Assembly (NCBI GenBank): GCA_963822005.1
Contig: CAWGGD010000029.1
Location: forward strand, 83,368-147,367
DNA length: 64,000 nucleotides
Reading direction: 5' to 3'
Source: an uncultured Verrucomicrobiae bacterium
Lineage (GTDB): Bacteria > Verrucomicrobiota > Verrucomicrobiia > Limisphaerales > UBA8199
Shown here: positions 29,701 to 39,302 of the stretch, one piece after another
Position numbering within the stretch: the stretch's first letter is position 1
Layout of the letters: every line of letters starts with the position of its first letter
Program-made: the position numbers and the translations under genes
Notes under the pieces: model-generated
Seen by the model: only the letters and a program-made list of their open reading frames with translations
Told to the model about the DNA's origin: nothing
Databases searched by the model: none

Positions 29701-29842
29701 GATTGCCTTGCGAATCCATCGCATAGGCTAGATGGCCGTCGGGGCCGAGAGAGATGGCCGGCGGGGCTTTGCCCGGGGCCGCCAGGAGCGAGGAAGTCAG
29801 GGCCGCCATCAGGACCGGCGCGAAGGAGTAGCTTCTCTTCAT
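26705..29842 (-). CDS. fusion of a right-handed beta-helix (pectate-lyase-superfamily) domain with an uncharacterised C-terminal domain
   Basis: ORF 26705-30016 trimmed to ATG 29842 (MKRSYSFAPVLMAALTSSLLAAPG), which overlaps the upstream stop as ATGA. The N-half has ...RIQKAIDYVASLPADTNGLRGAVLLLEGRHEVSGSLRL.... A Pro/Ser linker PLPSPLTPRPSPL follows. The C-half has ...LWYERRRDDHERIRR...FHQNYFQHNVLEAGAHWADFPWRPANN.... Confidence 0.6.
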   Translation of the reverse strand: MKRSYSFAPVLMAALTSSLLAAPGKAPPAISLGPDGHLAYAMDSQGNRIPDFSHCGYAGGDRPIPDAPVRVVVAAGQGDSTERIQKAIDYVASLPADTNGLRGAVLLLEGRHEVSGSLRLASSGIVLRGQGMHDRGTLLFATGLGRRTLIRIEGRNDRTNHLGKTWEIQDDYVPVGAMSFHLREAPELKPGDTITILRPCTQAWIERLGMTEFGGGQGDWRLVWKPGSRELLWDRFVKSLTGNLVVVDAPITTAIEAEFGGGRVQPYRWPGRINHVGIENLRCESAFDAANPKDEDHSWFAITLENAQDAWVRQVTATHFAGSMVAIAESCKQVTIEDCLSLGPVSEEGGYRRHTFYTMGQLTLFLRCHAERGRHDFSAGHCAAGPNAFVQCEASLPLGDSGPIESWASGLLYDCVRIDGNGLSLANRGANPHGAGWAAANSVLWQCSASVIRCANPPTARNWAFGCWGEFEGNGLWRNSNESVKPYSLYLAQLADRFVPDPASRVKLLQRSTDESTNPTLEQTAKLIGASRQPAPQLADFIAAAASRNPIPCESGNAKPIEEIAGSASAPLPSPLTPRPSPLGLTNGWLVCNGQLLIGSTTNVAWWRGNLRSSEASAAGPGITRFVPGRIGPGATDDLNELADLLTARGVAALDHNYGLWYERRRDDHERIRRANGDVWPPFYELPFARSGQGTAWDGLSRYDLTRYNPWYWRRLGEFADICDNRGLVLFHQNYFQHNVLEAGAHWADFPWRPANNINDTGFPEPPLYAGDKRIFMAEQFYDVTHPVRHPLHRAYIRKCLENFATNSNVIQFTSAEFTGPLAFMQFWLDTIAEWERETGRHPLIALSCTKDVQDAVLADPKRSAVVGLIDFRYWWQTAKGLFAPPGGKNLAPRQFERQWKGGHPTDTDLARMAAEYRQKHLGKAVICNFASAGWAYLCAGGSLPRLPRTTDARLLAVIPRLQPWPEVSGPGRWVLRGPGEYLVYLSGDANPTLDLSPEGGMFAAKWVDAKTGEITIVPKSIAGVKNARLPRSPDATEVFWLTKE
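28094..28135. repeat. G-rich heptanucleotide repeat (GAGGGGY-type, ~6 units) encoding the interdomain linker
   Basis: gagaggc gaggggc gaggggt gaggggc gagggta gaggggc read directly from the plus strand. The minus strand translates it as APLPSPLTPRPSPL. Confidence 0.9.
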
Positions 29843-31467
29843 TTTGGCCGCAAATCTCCCGTCAGCTTGCCCAGGGCGTCCGCATGGGCAATGGGCTGCC
29901 CATCGGCCAACACGCTCAAACCCTGTCCTCGCCCGTAGCGTTTCCCGTCCTTGTCCCAGACGACCGTCAGCGTGCGGCCATGGTAATTGATACCGTCCAG
30001 GCAAAACCAGTCCCAAAGACCCTCTGGTAGCAGGGGATAAACCTCGACGGTCTCATCCGGCCGCGGCCGCAGGCCCACCAGACCCGTAATCACCAGGTCA
30101 GCGAAGGTGGAATGGTTGTAATAACGGCTGCGCCCCTGCCGGCCTTTGAGCCACTGGCCAGTCATTTCATCCAGGTACTCGCCGATGTAAGGTTTGGCCT
30201 CGAATCGGTGGCAATGCGTGTAAGTCAGGAACGCATCCAAGTAGTCCCGGACCGTGACGGGTGCAGGCGTGCCGTCGCGCAGAACATTGGCCAGCGCCAC
30301 CAGCGTTTGGGAGGTCGCGAACGGCCAGACCGCGCCGTCCCACTCGCACTGGCAGCAGCCATGGGAGCGAAACTCGGGGTGACGCCGTTCGGCGGTGGTG
30401 ATGCCGTATGGGGCCCGGAAGCCAGCAGGGTCCGTCAATTGTGCCCAGGCCACGTTGCAGGACGCGTCAGGCAATCCGAAGCACCAGGGGATAAATCCGA
30501 GTTCCTCACGCACGTCTGCGAATCGGCCATCCGGGCGGCGCACCTCGAAGAACTTTGCGGCGGGATTCCAGAGTGTATCGTTGACCAGCCGCTTTAGGTC
30601 AGCGGCCTTCTGGTCAAACTCCCGGGCCAGTGCGGGGCGCCGGGCCAATTGGGCGATGGCGGCAATGGCGCGCGCATTGCCGAACATGTAGCTGTTGATG
30701 GTAGGGCGGAGATTCCTGGCGGTGCGCGAACCACTGATGGATTCCTCCATACCGTCGCTCACATCGTATTGCCAGAAAAGGCCGCTGGGAAGCCGGCGTT
30801 CCTCCTCCCATTTCCGGTAATCGGTTGCGAGCTCGGCCAGCAACCCGCTCACAAACCGGCGGTCTCCGTTCACCAGAAAGCGGTCATAGGCAGCGGCAGC
30901 AAACCAACTGCTGTACTGATGGAAATGAGGTTGAGGTTTGCCTCGGTTGCCGCGCAGCCAGTATCGGATGTAATCGTCGAGGTAGCGTTGGTCCGCCAGC
31001 CAGCGTCCCTCGGCCAGGTGATGGCCGGCAGCGCAACTGATCGTGTTCCTATCACCCGCATGGCGGACCGGCAGCAGGAACTCGGTGAACGTGAAGCCGG
31101 CGGGGGTGCGGATCAGGTGCTTGCGAAACGACCACCAACGGAAATAATAGATTTCCTGCACCTCGGCATCCGGGCACTCGAATAGCGGAATATTCGCCTT
31201 CAGCCAGTTCCACGACTGGGCGTTGGAAACAAAGTTAGTCCAGTTTTCGTCCTCCATCCGACTAAAATGCTCGATGTGGTGAGCAAAAGCTGCCGGCTGC
31301 AGGATGGCGAAGCGCGCGGCCCCCTCGGCACGAGCCAGGGGACACCAGATCGCCAGAGCAATGCCCCAAACCAATGCTATGACACACCAGCTATAGGCGC
31401 GCGGCAGAGTAATCGTCCCGCCGTTCGGTTCAGTCGCCGGCTTGTGGGAGGAGGCGGTCAAATGCAT
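29839..31467 (-). CDS. (alpha/alpha)6 six-hairpin glycoside hydrolase, MGH1/GH63-like
   Basis: 542-aa ORF with an N-terminal hydrophobic segment. Blocks ...YFRWWSFRKHL..., ...FWQYDVSDGMEES..., ...GFRAPYGITTAERRHPEF...CEWDGAVWPFATSQ... are typical of trehalase/GH63-like barrels. Confidence 0.6.
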   Translation of the reverse strand: MHLTASSHKPATEPNGGTITLPRAYSWCVIALVWGIALAIWCPLARAEGAARFAILQPAAFAHHIEHFSRMEDENWTNFVSNAQSWNWLKANIPLFECPDAEVQEIYYFRWWSFRKHLIRTPAGFTFTEFLLPVRHAGDRNTISCAAGHHLAEGRWLADQRYLDDYIRYWLRGNRGKPQPHFHQYSSWFAAAAYDRFLVNGDRRFVSGLLAELATDYRKWEEERRLPSGLFWQYDVSDGMEESISGSRTARNLRPTINSYMFGNARAIAAIAQLARRPALAREFDQKAADLKRLVNDTLWNPAAKFFEVRRPDGRFADVREELGFIPWCFGLPDASCNVAWAQLTDPAGFRAPYGITTAERRHPEFRSHGCCQCEWDGAVWPFATSQTLVALANVLRDGTPAPVTVRDYLDAFLTYTHCHRFEAKPYIGEYLDEMTGQWLKGRQGRSRYYNHSTFADLVITGLVGLRPRPDETVEVYPLLPEGLWDWFCLDGINYHGRTLTVVWDKDGKRYGRGQGLSVLADGQPIAHADALGKLTGDLRPK

Positions 31468-31494
31468 CGTCTCGTGCCCGACCGGGATACCCGG

Positions 31495-33174
31495 TCATTT
31501 CAACGAGTCAACGTTGTTTTCCGGCCGCGTGTAGTCCACAAACCGGGTCGGATCCGTGCCGTTAATGAATTCCTCGATGTTCGTGTAGCCATCTCCATCA
31601 AGGTCTTTGGCGGCGTCGGCGGGATCATTCGGATTCAACCCATGCTGCTTTTCCCATGGGTCGGGCAGGCCGTCCCCATCGGAATCCTTGTAGGGCTTGC
31701 CCGTGTATTCAGGATAGCCGCCAACCTGGGCCGGATCGGCAATGATGCCTTTGCCAACGAGCGCCGCGATTTCAGCGACCACGGCCTGGGAAAAACCAAC
31801 CTTCGTGGTCGCCAGCACCGGTTCGGCTCCGGCTTGGGTCATGACCTTTCCAGTGCGAACCATCTTGATGACACGTTCGTCCACCGGATCACGTCTTGGT
31901 CGCGTGGCACCGGCGGTAGCGAGCACGGTTTCGTACGCCCGGTCGGCCGATTGCATCCGCAAGGGGGCGTGGCGATACGGCGTGTTGGTGCGAACCTCAG
32001 CGAGGACCTGAGCCAGCGATTTGGATCGGACGTCCGGTTGCACGCCCCCGTCCCAGTTGTCGGCGCTGACCCTGGCATTACCTTCCACGATGTTGCCCGC
32101 CACATAGGCCTTGCCGAAATGGTCCATCACGGTCTTGCTGCGCTCGGATTCGGGTTTGAGGATGCGATAAGTGATCCGCTCGCCCCGCGGCGTGGCCGGC
32201 CCCGGTTTGAAGTAGTTGCTGATGATGTTGTAATAGCTCATATGGTCGCCGCCATCCACCGTGCGATGGACCCAGTTGAAGACGACATTGTTCGCGAAGG
32301 TGAAATCACCATACATCCCCACGCTCGGGTTCCGACCGGTGTTACACGCCCAGAGGTTGTGATGAAAGGTGCTGTTCAGGCCGCCGATGGTGCTGCCAAA
32401 AGCGTGGTGGTAGGTGTTCAAACCCTCGCTGGAGATCGAGTTCTGAATCGTGATGTTGACCGTCGGGAGCTTCAGTTCCTTGCCGCCTCCCGGCGGCTGA
32501 TACATGTGGCGATACATGCTCATGTTCTCGTCCAACCCCCAGCTCGCCGAGACGTGGTCAATCATGATGTTGCCCGTTGGGTTGCCGCCGATGGAATCGT
32601 TGCGATCGCCCACCCACGTCTCGCCCCGTCGGAAACGCAGGTGGCGGATGATCACGTCGTGGGTTTCCAGCTCGACCGTGTCGCCCACGATGCAAACACC
32701 GTCCCCCGGGGCCGTGCTGCCGGCGATGGTAATGTAAGGAGCACGAATGCGGATGCGTTCCTTCAAGCGGATGATGCCCGCGACATTGAAGACAACGATG
32801 CGCGGGCCACCGGCTTCGCAGGCTTCGCGGAAACTGCCCGCCTCTCGGTCGTTGAGATTGGTGACCACGAACACCTTGCCGCCCCGCCCGCCGAACGAAT
32901 ACATGCCCCCGCCCCACGCGCCGGGGAAGGCGGGAGTCTTTGCCTGGGGCAATTCCTTCGGCTCGGCAGCGCCCGGAAGGTACGGTTTTCCTTTCGCTTC
33001 CCAATCCTCAATGACAGGCAGCGCCCTGGCGAACGCCTCGTCGGAACGGCGATCAGCGGCTGCCTGGCGGGATTGCGCCTCCGCCTTGATCGCTTCCGAG
33101 ACGCGGGGATACTGGGCGCGAGCCATGGACGCCAGCGCCAGGGCCAAGCAGAGGGAGATCAGGACTGGGTTCAT
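31495..33174 (-). CDS. pectate lyase, PL1-type, with C-terminal EF-hand pair
   Basis: 559-aa ORF with signal peptide MNPVLISLCLALALASMARA. PL1 core ...FPGAWGGGMYSFGGRGGKVFVVTNLNDREAGSFREACE...IAGSTAPGDGVC.... C-terminus DSDGDGLPDPWEKQHGLNPNDPADAAKDLDGDGYTNIEEFIN. Confidence 0.85.
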   Translation of the reverse strand: MNPVLISLCLALALASMARAQYPRVSEAIKAEAQSRQAAADRRSDEAFARALPVIEDWEAKGKPYLPGAAEPKELPQAKTPAFPGAWGGGMYSFGGRGGKVFVVTNLNDREAGSFREACEAGGPRIVVFNVAGIIRLKERIRIRAPYITIAGSTAPGDGVCIVGDTVELETHDVIIRHLRFRRGETWVGDRNDSIGGNPTGNIMIDHVSASWGLDENMSMYRHMYQPPGGGKELKLPTVNITIQNSISSEGLNTYHHAFGSTIGGLNSTFHHNLWACNTGRNPSVGMYGDFTFANNVVFNWVHRTVDGGDHMSYYNIISNYFKPGPATPRGERITYRILKPESERSKTVMDHFGKAYVAGNIVEGNARVSADNWDGGVQPDVRSKSLAQVLAEVRTNTPYRHAPLRMQSADRAYETVLATAGATRPRRDPVDERVIKMVRTGKVMTQAGAEPVLATTKVGFSQAVVAEIAALVGKGIIADPAQVGGYPEYTGKPYKDSDGDGLPDPWEKQHGLNPNDPADAAKDLDGDGYTNIEEFINGTDPTRFVDYTRPENNVDSLK

Positions 33175-33186
33175 CGCGGCGCGCGG

Positions 33187-34632
33187 TTATTTCTTGGAAC
33201 TCTGGGGCATCGTATATTCGCCGGTCAGCGAGTTCAGGTATTTTTCCAGATTGGTGTAGCCATCGCCGACCGGATCCTGGCTACCGTCCGCCGGATCGCG
33301 TGGATTCAAGCCGTGAGCCTTCTCCCAATCGTCGGGTATCCCGTCGCGGTCGGTGTCCCAGTTTGCCGCGCGATGGACTTCGGGGTAGTTGTCCCAGCCG
33401 CCGACGTCCTCTTGAGAGTCGGGCAAGCCGGGCAGATCCGTCTTGCTGCCTTTGAACTTGGCCGTGCCCGCGCGCACTTCAGCAATGATCCGTTGATCGT
33501 GTTCATCAAGTGCCGGTAGGTTACAGCCGACATCGGTGAGCACATTCAAGTAGCACTCTTCCGCCATCTGCGTTTTCACGTATGAGTCGAAGAACGGCGT
33601 CTGCGCCCAAGGACTGTAATCCGTTGGCAGGTGACCACCACGCTCGGTGTTTGCGGTGCGGCCTGCAGCTTGATTTGTGAGACCAAAGTGTCCGGGCATG
33701 ACGTTGCCCTCGAAGTAGTATCGCTGCGAACCCGGAAAACCGCCGTACTGGGCGTTGAGAGCGTAAAACCACCGGGTGGCGGGGCCGGGCTGGTAGTAGT
33801 TGGCGACGAAATTGACCTCGTGCGCCCCCCCATCCGTGGTACGATTCTTCCAGTTGTAAACGACATTGTTGCGGAGATCGAGCCGGCCAATGTAAAAGCC
33901 CTTCTTGTCCAGCCCGCCAGCCAGGCTCCAGTTTCTCCCGGCACAATGCGCGAGCAAGTTGTGGTGGAAGCTGCCGATGTCGCCGCCAATGCTCGCGGCG
34001 TAACCGTGTTGGGTGCCCGGTGGATATTTCTTGTGCCCGGCGGCATTGAGCGCCTCGGAAATCAAGGTGCGCTGCAGCGTGATGTTCTTGGCGCCGCGCG
34101 AGCTGAACGCCTCGTCCAGCGTCCAACTGATCGAGCAGTGATCAATGATGCAGTAGTCGCTGGACGCCATCCCCATGCCATCCAGTGTAGTGCCGGAAAG
34201 ATTGCCGGGGCGAACGCGCACGTATCGAACGATGACATTGGTCGCGCCCAACAGGCCAAAGTTGTATTTGCGCAGGCAGATGCCTTTACCGGGCGCGGTC
34301 TGGCCGGCAACGGTGAGGTTGGAATTCGTGCTGCGAATAATGAGCCGTGACTCAAGCGTGATCAGCCCGGAAACATCAAACACGACGGTGCGCGGGCCGG
34401 ATTGCTCAACGGCGTCGCGGAGGCTTCCCGGGCCGGAGTCGTTCAGATTGGTGACATGGAGAACGCGCCCGCCACGTCCGCCGCTTGCCAGTCGCCCGTA
34501 ACCTTCCGCAGTTGGGAAGGCTGGCAACAAGTTCGTACGATGCGTTTGTGCCTGACTTGCGACCCCGAGAATCGAAAGGAGTACCAGCAAGACCTGGTGT
34601 TTCATCAGAAGCGCAAGGAGTTGCTGGCGCAA
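33187..34632 (-). CDS. pectate lyase, PL1-type, with C-terminal EF-hand pair
   Basis: 481-aa ORF with a signal peptide. FPTAEGYGRLASGGRGGRVLHVTNLNDSGPGSLRDAVE...VAGQTAPGKGIC.... It is a close paralogue of the catalytic core of 15358-18153. C-terminus DTDRDGIPDDWEKAHGLNPRDPADGSQDPVGDGYTNLEKYLN. Confidence 0.85.
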   Translation of the reverse strand: MRQQLLALLMKHQVLLVLLSILGVASQAQTHRTNLLPAFPTAEGYGRLASGGRGGRVLHVTNLNDSGPGSLRDAVEQSGPRTVVFDVSGLITLESRLIIRSTNSNLTVAGQTAPGKGICLRKYNFGLLGATNVIVRYVRVRPGNLSGTTLDGMGMASSDYCIIDHCSISWTLDEAFSSRGAKNITLQRTLISEALNAAGHKKYPPGTQHGYAASIGGDIGSFHHNLLAHCAGRNWSLAGGLDKKGFYIGRLDLRNNVVYNWKNRTTDGGAHEVNFVANYYQPGPATRWFYALNAQYGGFPGSQRYYFEGNVMPGHFGLTNQAAGRTANTERGGHLPTDYSPWAQTPFFDSYVKTQMAEECYLNVLTDVGCNLPALDEHDQRIIAEVRAGTAKFKGSKTDLPGLPDSQEDVGGWDNYPEVHRAANWDTDRDGIPDDWEKAHGLNPRDPADGSQDPVGDGYTNLEKYLNSLTGEYTMPQSSKK

Positions 34633-34728
34633 TACTCGGTCAGCGGCAAAGAAAAGCGCCGGGGCCCGGCGATCGCCGTGCCCCGGCGGGAAGCTTCAGT
34701 CATAGAGCCGGCTTCCGATTCGGACCGG

Positions 34729-37700
34729 TCATGGATAGACGATACGATAGAAGATCGAGTCCGCCACCGGCCCGTCGTTAGTCGTGCTGAGGTCTTGCGT
34801 TGTCCGAATCCAGTACGTGGCCGGATCATTGGTGAAGTCCGGGTAGTAAAGGACATTTGTGCCACCGAGAGCCTTGAATACGGTCACCCAATTGGTGCCG
34901 CCGGGCGACACCAACCCGACCGAGGCGCTGTTAGTCTGCCGCTCGACACGCCAGCCGCGGTAGCGTTCGGACCATTCGAACCTATAGCTCAGGGTGCCGT
35001 TGGTACTGGTTACCAAGGAGTTGGTAAATACCGGGAGCGTCGTCGTCACCAGTGTCAGATTGGTGACCACTTGGTACGTATCCCACGTCAACCCCGGGGC
35101 AGGTGCCGGAATGATTCCCGGGATCGCCGGTTGCGAGTTGTCCGGTTGATTGGAAGTCAGATCGAACGGATAAATCACCGTCGCCGCATTGAAGTCCGGC
35201 CCGGCAGTCTTGTTGATCAGCAGCGTGCCGCCTAAATTGCCGCCGACGCCGAAATTCACCTTGCCGTAACCGTTAGGCGTGGCATTGAGAATGATCCGAT
35301 CGTTGATCGGTGAAGCTCCCGAATTGTTCACGTCGAAGGTCGTGGTCGAATCGGCATTGAAGTCCAGTCGCACGGCAATCGTTGTGGTCGCGATTTCGTT
35401 GGGGGTATTGCCAATCATCAGGCTGCCTCCGGCGTCAATCGTAACTCGGACATCACTGGACGCCTGGTAGCCGTCCTGCAGGATGCGGCCCGCTCCCTTA
35501 AGCGCACCTCTGACCGTGAGACCGCGGCCGGCACCGGCGACGCCGAAGTGGAATATATCACCATTGTTGATGAGAGTTGCATTGGTGGAAAGGGTCCACG
35601 GCAAGGTGACATTCATCGTGGCCCCAGCCCAGTTGTTCAAGGTCGTGTTGGTTTCCACTGTCACACTGCCATTGATGGTGGAAGCGTTGACCAGGCTTCC
35701 GGCCTGGAGGTTCAATCCGCCGTTGACCGGTCCGAAAACGGTCACCGTCGCATTCGAGGCCGTCAACCCGCCGTTAATCGTCCCGGTGAACGCGTTCATG
35801 GTGGTGCCCTCCTGGAGGAGCGTCGGGCCGACCGTTCCATTTCCGAGGAGCGCACCCGAATTGATAGTGACTGCCGTTGTCAAGGTGGCATTACTAATGG
35901 TGAGATTGCCGGTGCCGGTCTTGTAAACGGTGGCGCCGCCCAGCATAGAGCCGTTGTTGAACGTGTAGCTTTGGTTGCTGACCACAACCCCGTAAGGCGC
36001 CGCCACCTGACCCGGCACTACCGCGGCGGGGATTTCGATACTCTTCGGGCCGGCGCCGACGGTATTGTCAAAGACAACGGAGAAACCGTCGGAGAAGTTG
36101 GTCTGTATGCCGCCGGACTGCGTTACCCAGTTCTTGGTAGTCAGATCCCACTGGTTGTTGATGTTGCCGCGCCAGACCACGACGGTGGGCGGCTCGTCCG
36201 TAAAGGTGACGTCAATGGTCTTGTCGGTCGTATTGTCCACGATCGATTTCACATAGAGCCCTGCCGGGGGGACAACGTACAGCCCGGTGAAAACCGGCGC
36301 GTCGTCCGTGTACGAAACCAGCCGAACTCTCGCTGGATAAGACGTCACGCCGGAGAGGGTGGGTATGTTGACCCGCTTGGGGCCGCCGGCCGTGACAGCG
36401 GAAAACTTGTTCACGAAGATATTCGTCTGCTCGACAACGACTCCGCGCAGGGTGACCTCCGCAGCGCCACTCAGAGTGAATACGGCGACGCGCGCATCGG
36501 CTGCGCCAATGGCATTCGTCACGATCAGCCTGCCGCCGTTCATCACGATCTGGTTGTTGGTGGAGAATTTCGTCACCCCGCCACAGACGATATTGCTGGC
36601 CATGACGGTGCCGCCATTGATGTTGACGCGGCCCCAGCAGCGTTCCGGGCTGGTGTAGCCGCCGGTGGCTGTGGCCGTGGTATAGCCAAGGTGGAGATCG
36701 CCGTTAACCCGCAACAATGCTCCCGCGCTGTTTGCATTGCTGTTGACGTTGATGGTGCCCTCCGGACCGGCAAAGCCGGTGGAAGCGGTACCACCCTGGT
36801 TGTTTCCCCCGCGCTGGAATCCGAGGACGGCCGTATTCACGTCAAACGTGCCGTCACCGTACGTCAGCGAGGCTTGCAGCGTCATTTGCCCGCTGTTGTT
36901 AGTCCGGTCCAAGCTCAGCCACAGGCGGTCAACCAGGGCGTTAACCCAACAATTCGATTGGTTGGCAAAATTGACCTGTCCGCGAGTATTCGCAGCGCGA
37001 GGGGTTGCTGGGCTGGCGCTGTCGCCGATGGCAAATACCGACATGCGCGAATTCACGCCCCCAATGCCGCGGAACAACGCGAAGGAGTTTGAGGTGTAGA
37101 AATTGTAATTGTGGCTGCTGCCGCCCTGCAGCGCCTGGCTGAAGCAGATGCTGTCCAGGAAGAAGGCGTTGGATTGCCCCATCGAGAAACGCAGATTTTC
37201 CGTGGTTCCCTGCTCGCTGTAGTTGCCGATGGTGAGCGCGTAGTCGCGCGTGTCCACGTTAGTGTAGTTGTTCGGATCGACAAAACCCGCCTTGATGACA
37301 TTGGTTCTGGCCAGCCAGATCAGCGGCGCAAAACGGGAAACTTCGTTCCCGGTCCCGCTGCCCACCCAGCCGTTGGTGCTGAAATTCGGATAGGCGCGGT
37401 AGTCGCCCAAAGGAAGCCGATTCACCTCGGCGTAGAAATAATCGAGGTCGCGCATGTCCAGAGTGGTCCTGTACTGCCCGTCCACCAGGCTGGCGAAGTT
37501 CGCAGCGGCATTGCTGACAATCAGGCTGCCGTTGCCGACGAGCTTGACGTCCATAGTCCGCAGGTCCGCGCCGCCGGGGGTAACATATTTCGAATCACGG
37601 AGCATGGAGAAACCTCCGGCACCGACCACGGCAAGCGACGCTCCGGGCTGAAACAGGACATTATAGGCCTTGCCATTGTTTTCCTGTTCCTGAGCGAAGC

Positions 37701-38326
37701 GCAGCGAGCCGACCGTGACGTTGCCAGAGATGAGGAGATTGGTCGGGCTGTCGGTGGTGTTGGTGGTGGCCCCGGAGCTCCGGAAGACGGCGGCGTCGGC
37801 GGCACCAGGCACGGCTCCGCCCGCCCAGTTCCCGGTGTGATTCCAGTTTGTGGAGATGCCGTTGGTGAACGCCGCTCCGCTCCACATATAACTGCAAATC
37901 AGCGGAACGGGCAGCCGATAACTGGCGGCTCCGCTGGCCACGATGGCTAGGTCGTAGGTGCCCTGGGCCAACGCGGCCGTGGTCTGCACGACCAGCCCCG
38001 GGGTGCTCGTGCCATCGGTAGCTGATGGAATTGGTGCCGAAGGTGACCGTGGCGCCCGACGGCACGCCGGTCACCGCAAAAGTGACGGTGTTGGTCCCAA
38101 ACAACTCGTCCGTCACCACCGTCACGGTTGAATAATTGCTGGAAGCCGCCCCGAAAGGCACGGTGATGCGCAAAGGATTGGCCTTCATGGTGACCGATGG
38201 CGCCGCCACAAGGCTGGTGGTGGCAGCGGCTAACAGCAGGAACAGCGACGCCATTGGCCAGGCAACGACCTGCCCAGGGGCGAACCGGGCGATGCACTGA
38301 TTCGGACGATTGTGTTGAGTCTTCAT
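34729..38326 (-). pseudogene. giant secreted beta-helix/adhesin-like repeat protein, frameshifted at ~38018
   Basis: ORF 37661-38326 carries the signal peptide (MASLFLLLAAATTSLVAAPS) and reads ...VTFGTNSIS(Y). It continues in the frame of ORF 34729-37989 as ...TDGTSTPGLVVQTTAALAQGTYDL.... One extra base at 38017-38020 separates them. The body is Gly/Thr/Asn/Val-rich beta-strand repeats (...GGxLxV.N...). It ends in ...SIFYRIVYP. Confidence 0.65.
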
Positions 38327-38405
38327 ATTAGATTTGGTTTGAGGTTTGGTGTTTGGCTTGGAAAGAGATGATGGACGGATTAACGAAAACGAGGGAGCAA
38401 TGGGT

Positions 38406-39302
38406 CTATTGGTACGGGAGCCGGTCGTTCACCCATACGTAATCCACACTTCCCGGCACCTTGAGGTTTCCAATCTCCGTAAAGGTGACACGAAGGATGG
38501 TGCGCTTGTCCCTCCACTTGTGAATTTCCGAATGACCATCGGCGAAGGAGAAGTTCGCGCCGCCGCCATAGTGGTAGCTGGCCGGCACATTCCGGAACAC
38601 GGCGTTCTGTATGCTACACCCGCCTACGGAGTGAAAAACCGCATCATCAATGCTATCCGGGTGTTCATCCAGCGTTACAAATGTCATTGCCGGGCCAGGC
38701 CGCTGCAACTCCGCAGTCTTTTTTGTTCCTTTCGGATTATAGGTTCTGCCGGGGATCTCGTTCACGACGGTGACCCCGATGCCCCCCAGAAAGGCGTTGG
38801 CTGACAGGCTAAACAAACGCTGGCCCCTGGCCGGATCCGGATATCGATCGGAAGGGCACCGGAAAATTCCGGTTGACTTCAGGAACGGCGCCAACAGAGA
38901 ATCCTTGGGATCGAGCAGCATCGCCGAATTCGTGTTTTCTGGGTTTCCCCAGAGCACGCCGTTAGGATAGATCTTGGGAGGCATCTTGCCCTCGTTGTCT
39001 TCGGTGTACAGCAACCAGCCCAGCATGATTTGCTTGGTGTTGCTCAAGCACGCTACCGCTTCTGCTTTCCCCTTGGCCTTGGCGAGGACTGGCAACAGCA
39101 GGCTGGCGAGAATTGCGATGATTGCGATCACAACGAGCAGTTCGATGAGGGTGAAACCTCTCTGTCGCGCGCGCGTTTTGGCTTGGTCTCCGCGACCGGG
39201 GAGAAGTGGCCTGCCACCGGCTGGCGGCTGCGGCCAAGACGAAAACGTTGCATCTTCGCCTGGAATCGGGCTTAACGGCTTGTCTGTAGCCATACGTAAC
39301 AT
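38406..39302 (-). CDS. prepilin-type N-terminal cleavage/methylation domain protein (DUF1559 / H-X9-DG-like pseudopilin)
   Basis: 298-aa ORF. Class III signal RGFTLIELLVVIAIIAILASLLLPVLAKAK and a C-terminal ...HYGGGANFSFADGHSEIHKW tail typical of the expanded PVC pseudopilin family. Confidence 0.8.
   Translation of the reverse strand: MLRMATDKPLSPIPGEDATFSSWPQPPAGGRPLLPGRGDQAKTRARQRGFTLIELLVVIAIIAILASLLLPVLAKAKGKAEAVACLSNTKQIMLGWLLYTEDNEGKMPPKIYPNGVLWGNPENTNSAMLLDPKDSLLAPFLKSTGIFRCPSDRYPDPARGQRLFSLSANAFLGGIGVTVVNEIPGRTYNPKGTKKTAELQRPGPAMTFVTLDEHPDSIDDAVFHSVGGCSIQNAVFRNVPASYHYGGGANFSFADGHSEIHKWRDKRTILRVTFTEIGNLKVPGSVDYVWVNDRLPYQ

Noticed and set aside
31267-33519. 750-aa plus-strand ORF
   Set aside because: It is antisense to the six-hairpin GH and two PL1 genes and crosses two real gene boundaries. 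It has shadow-ORF composition and no motifs.
35548-37092. 514-aa plus-strand ORF
   Set aside because: It is antisense to the giant repeat protein and reads as low-complexity Gly/Arg/Val/Ala sequence.
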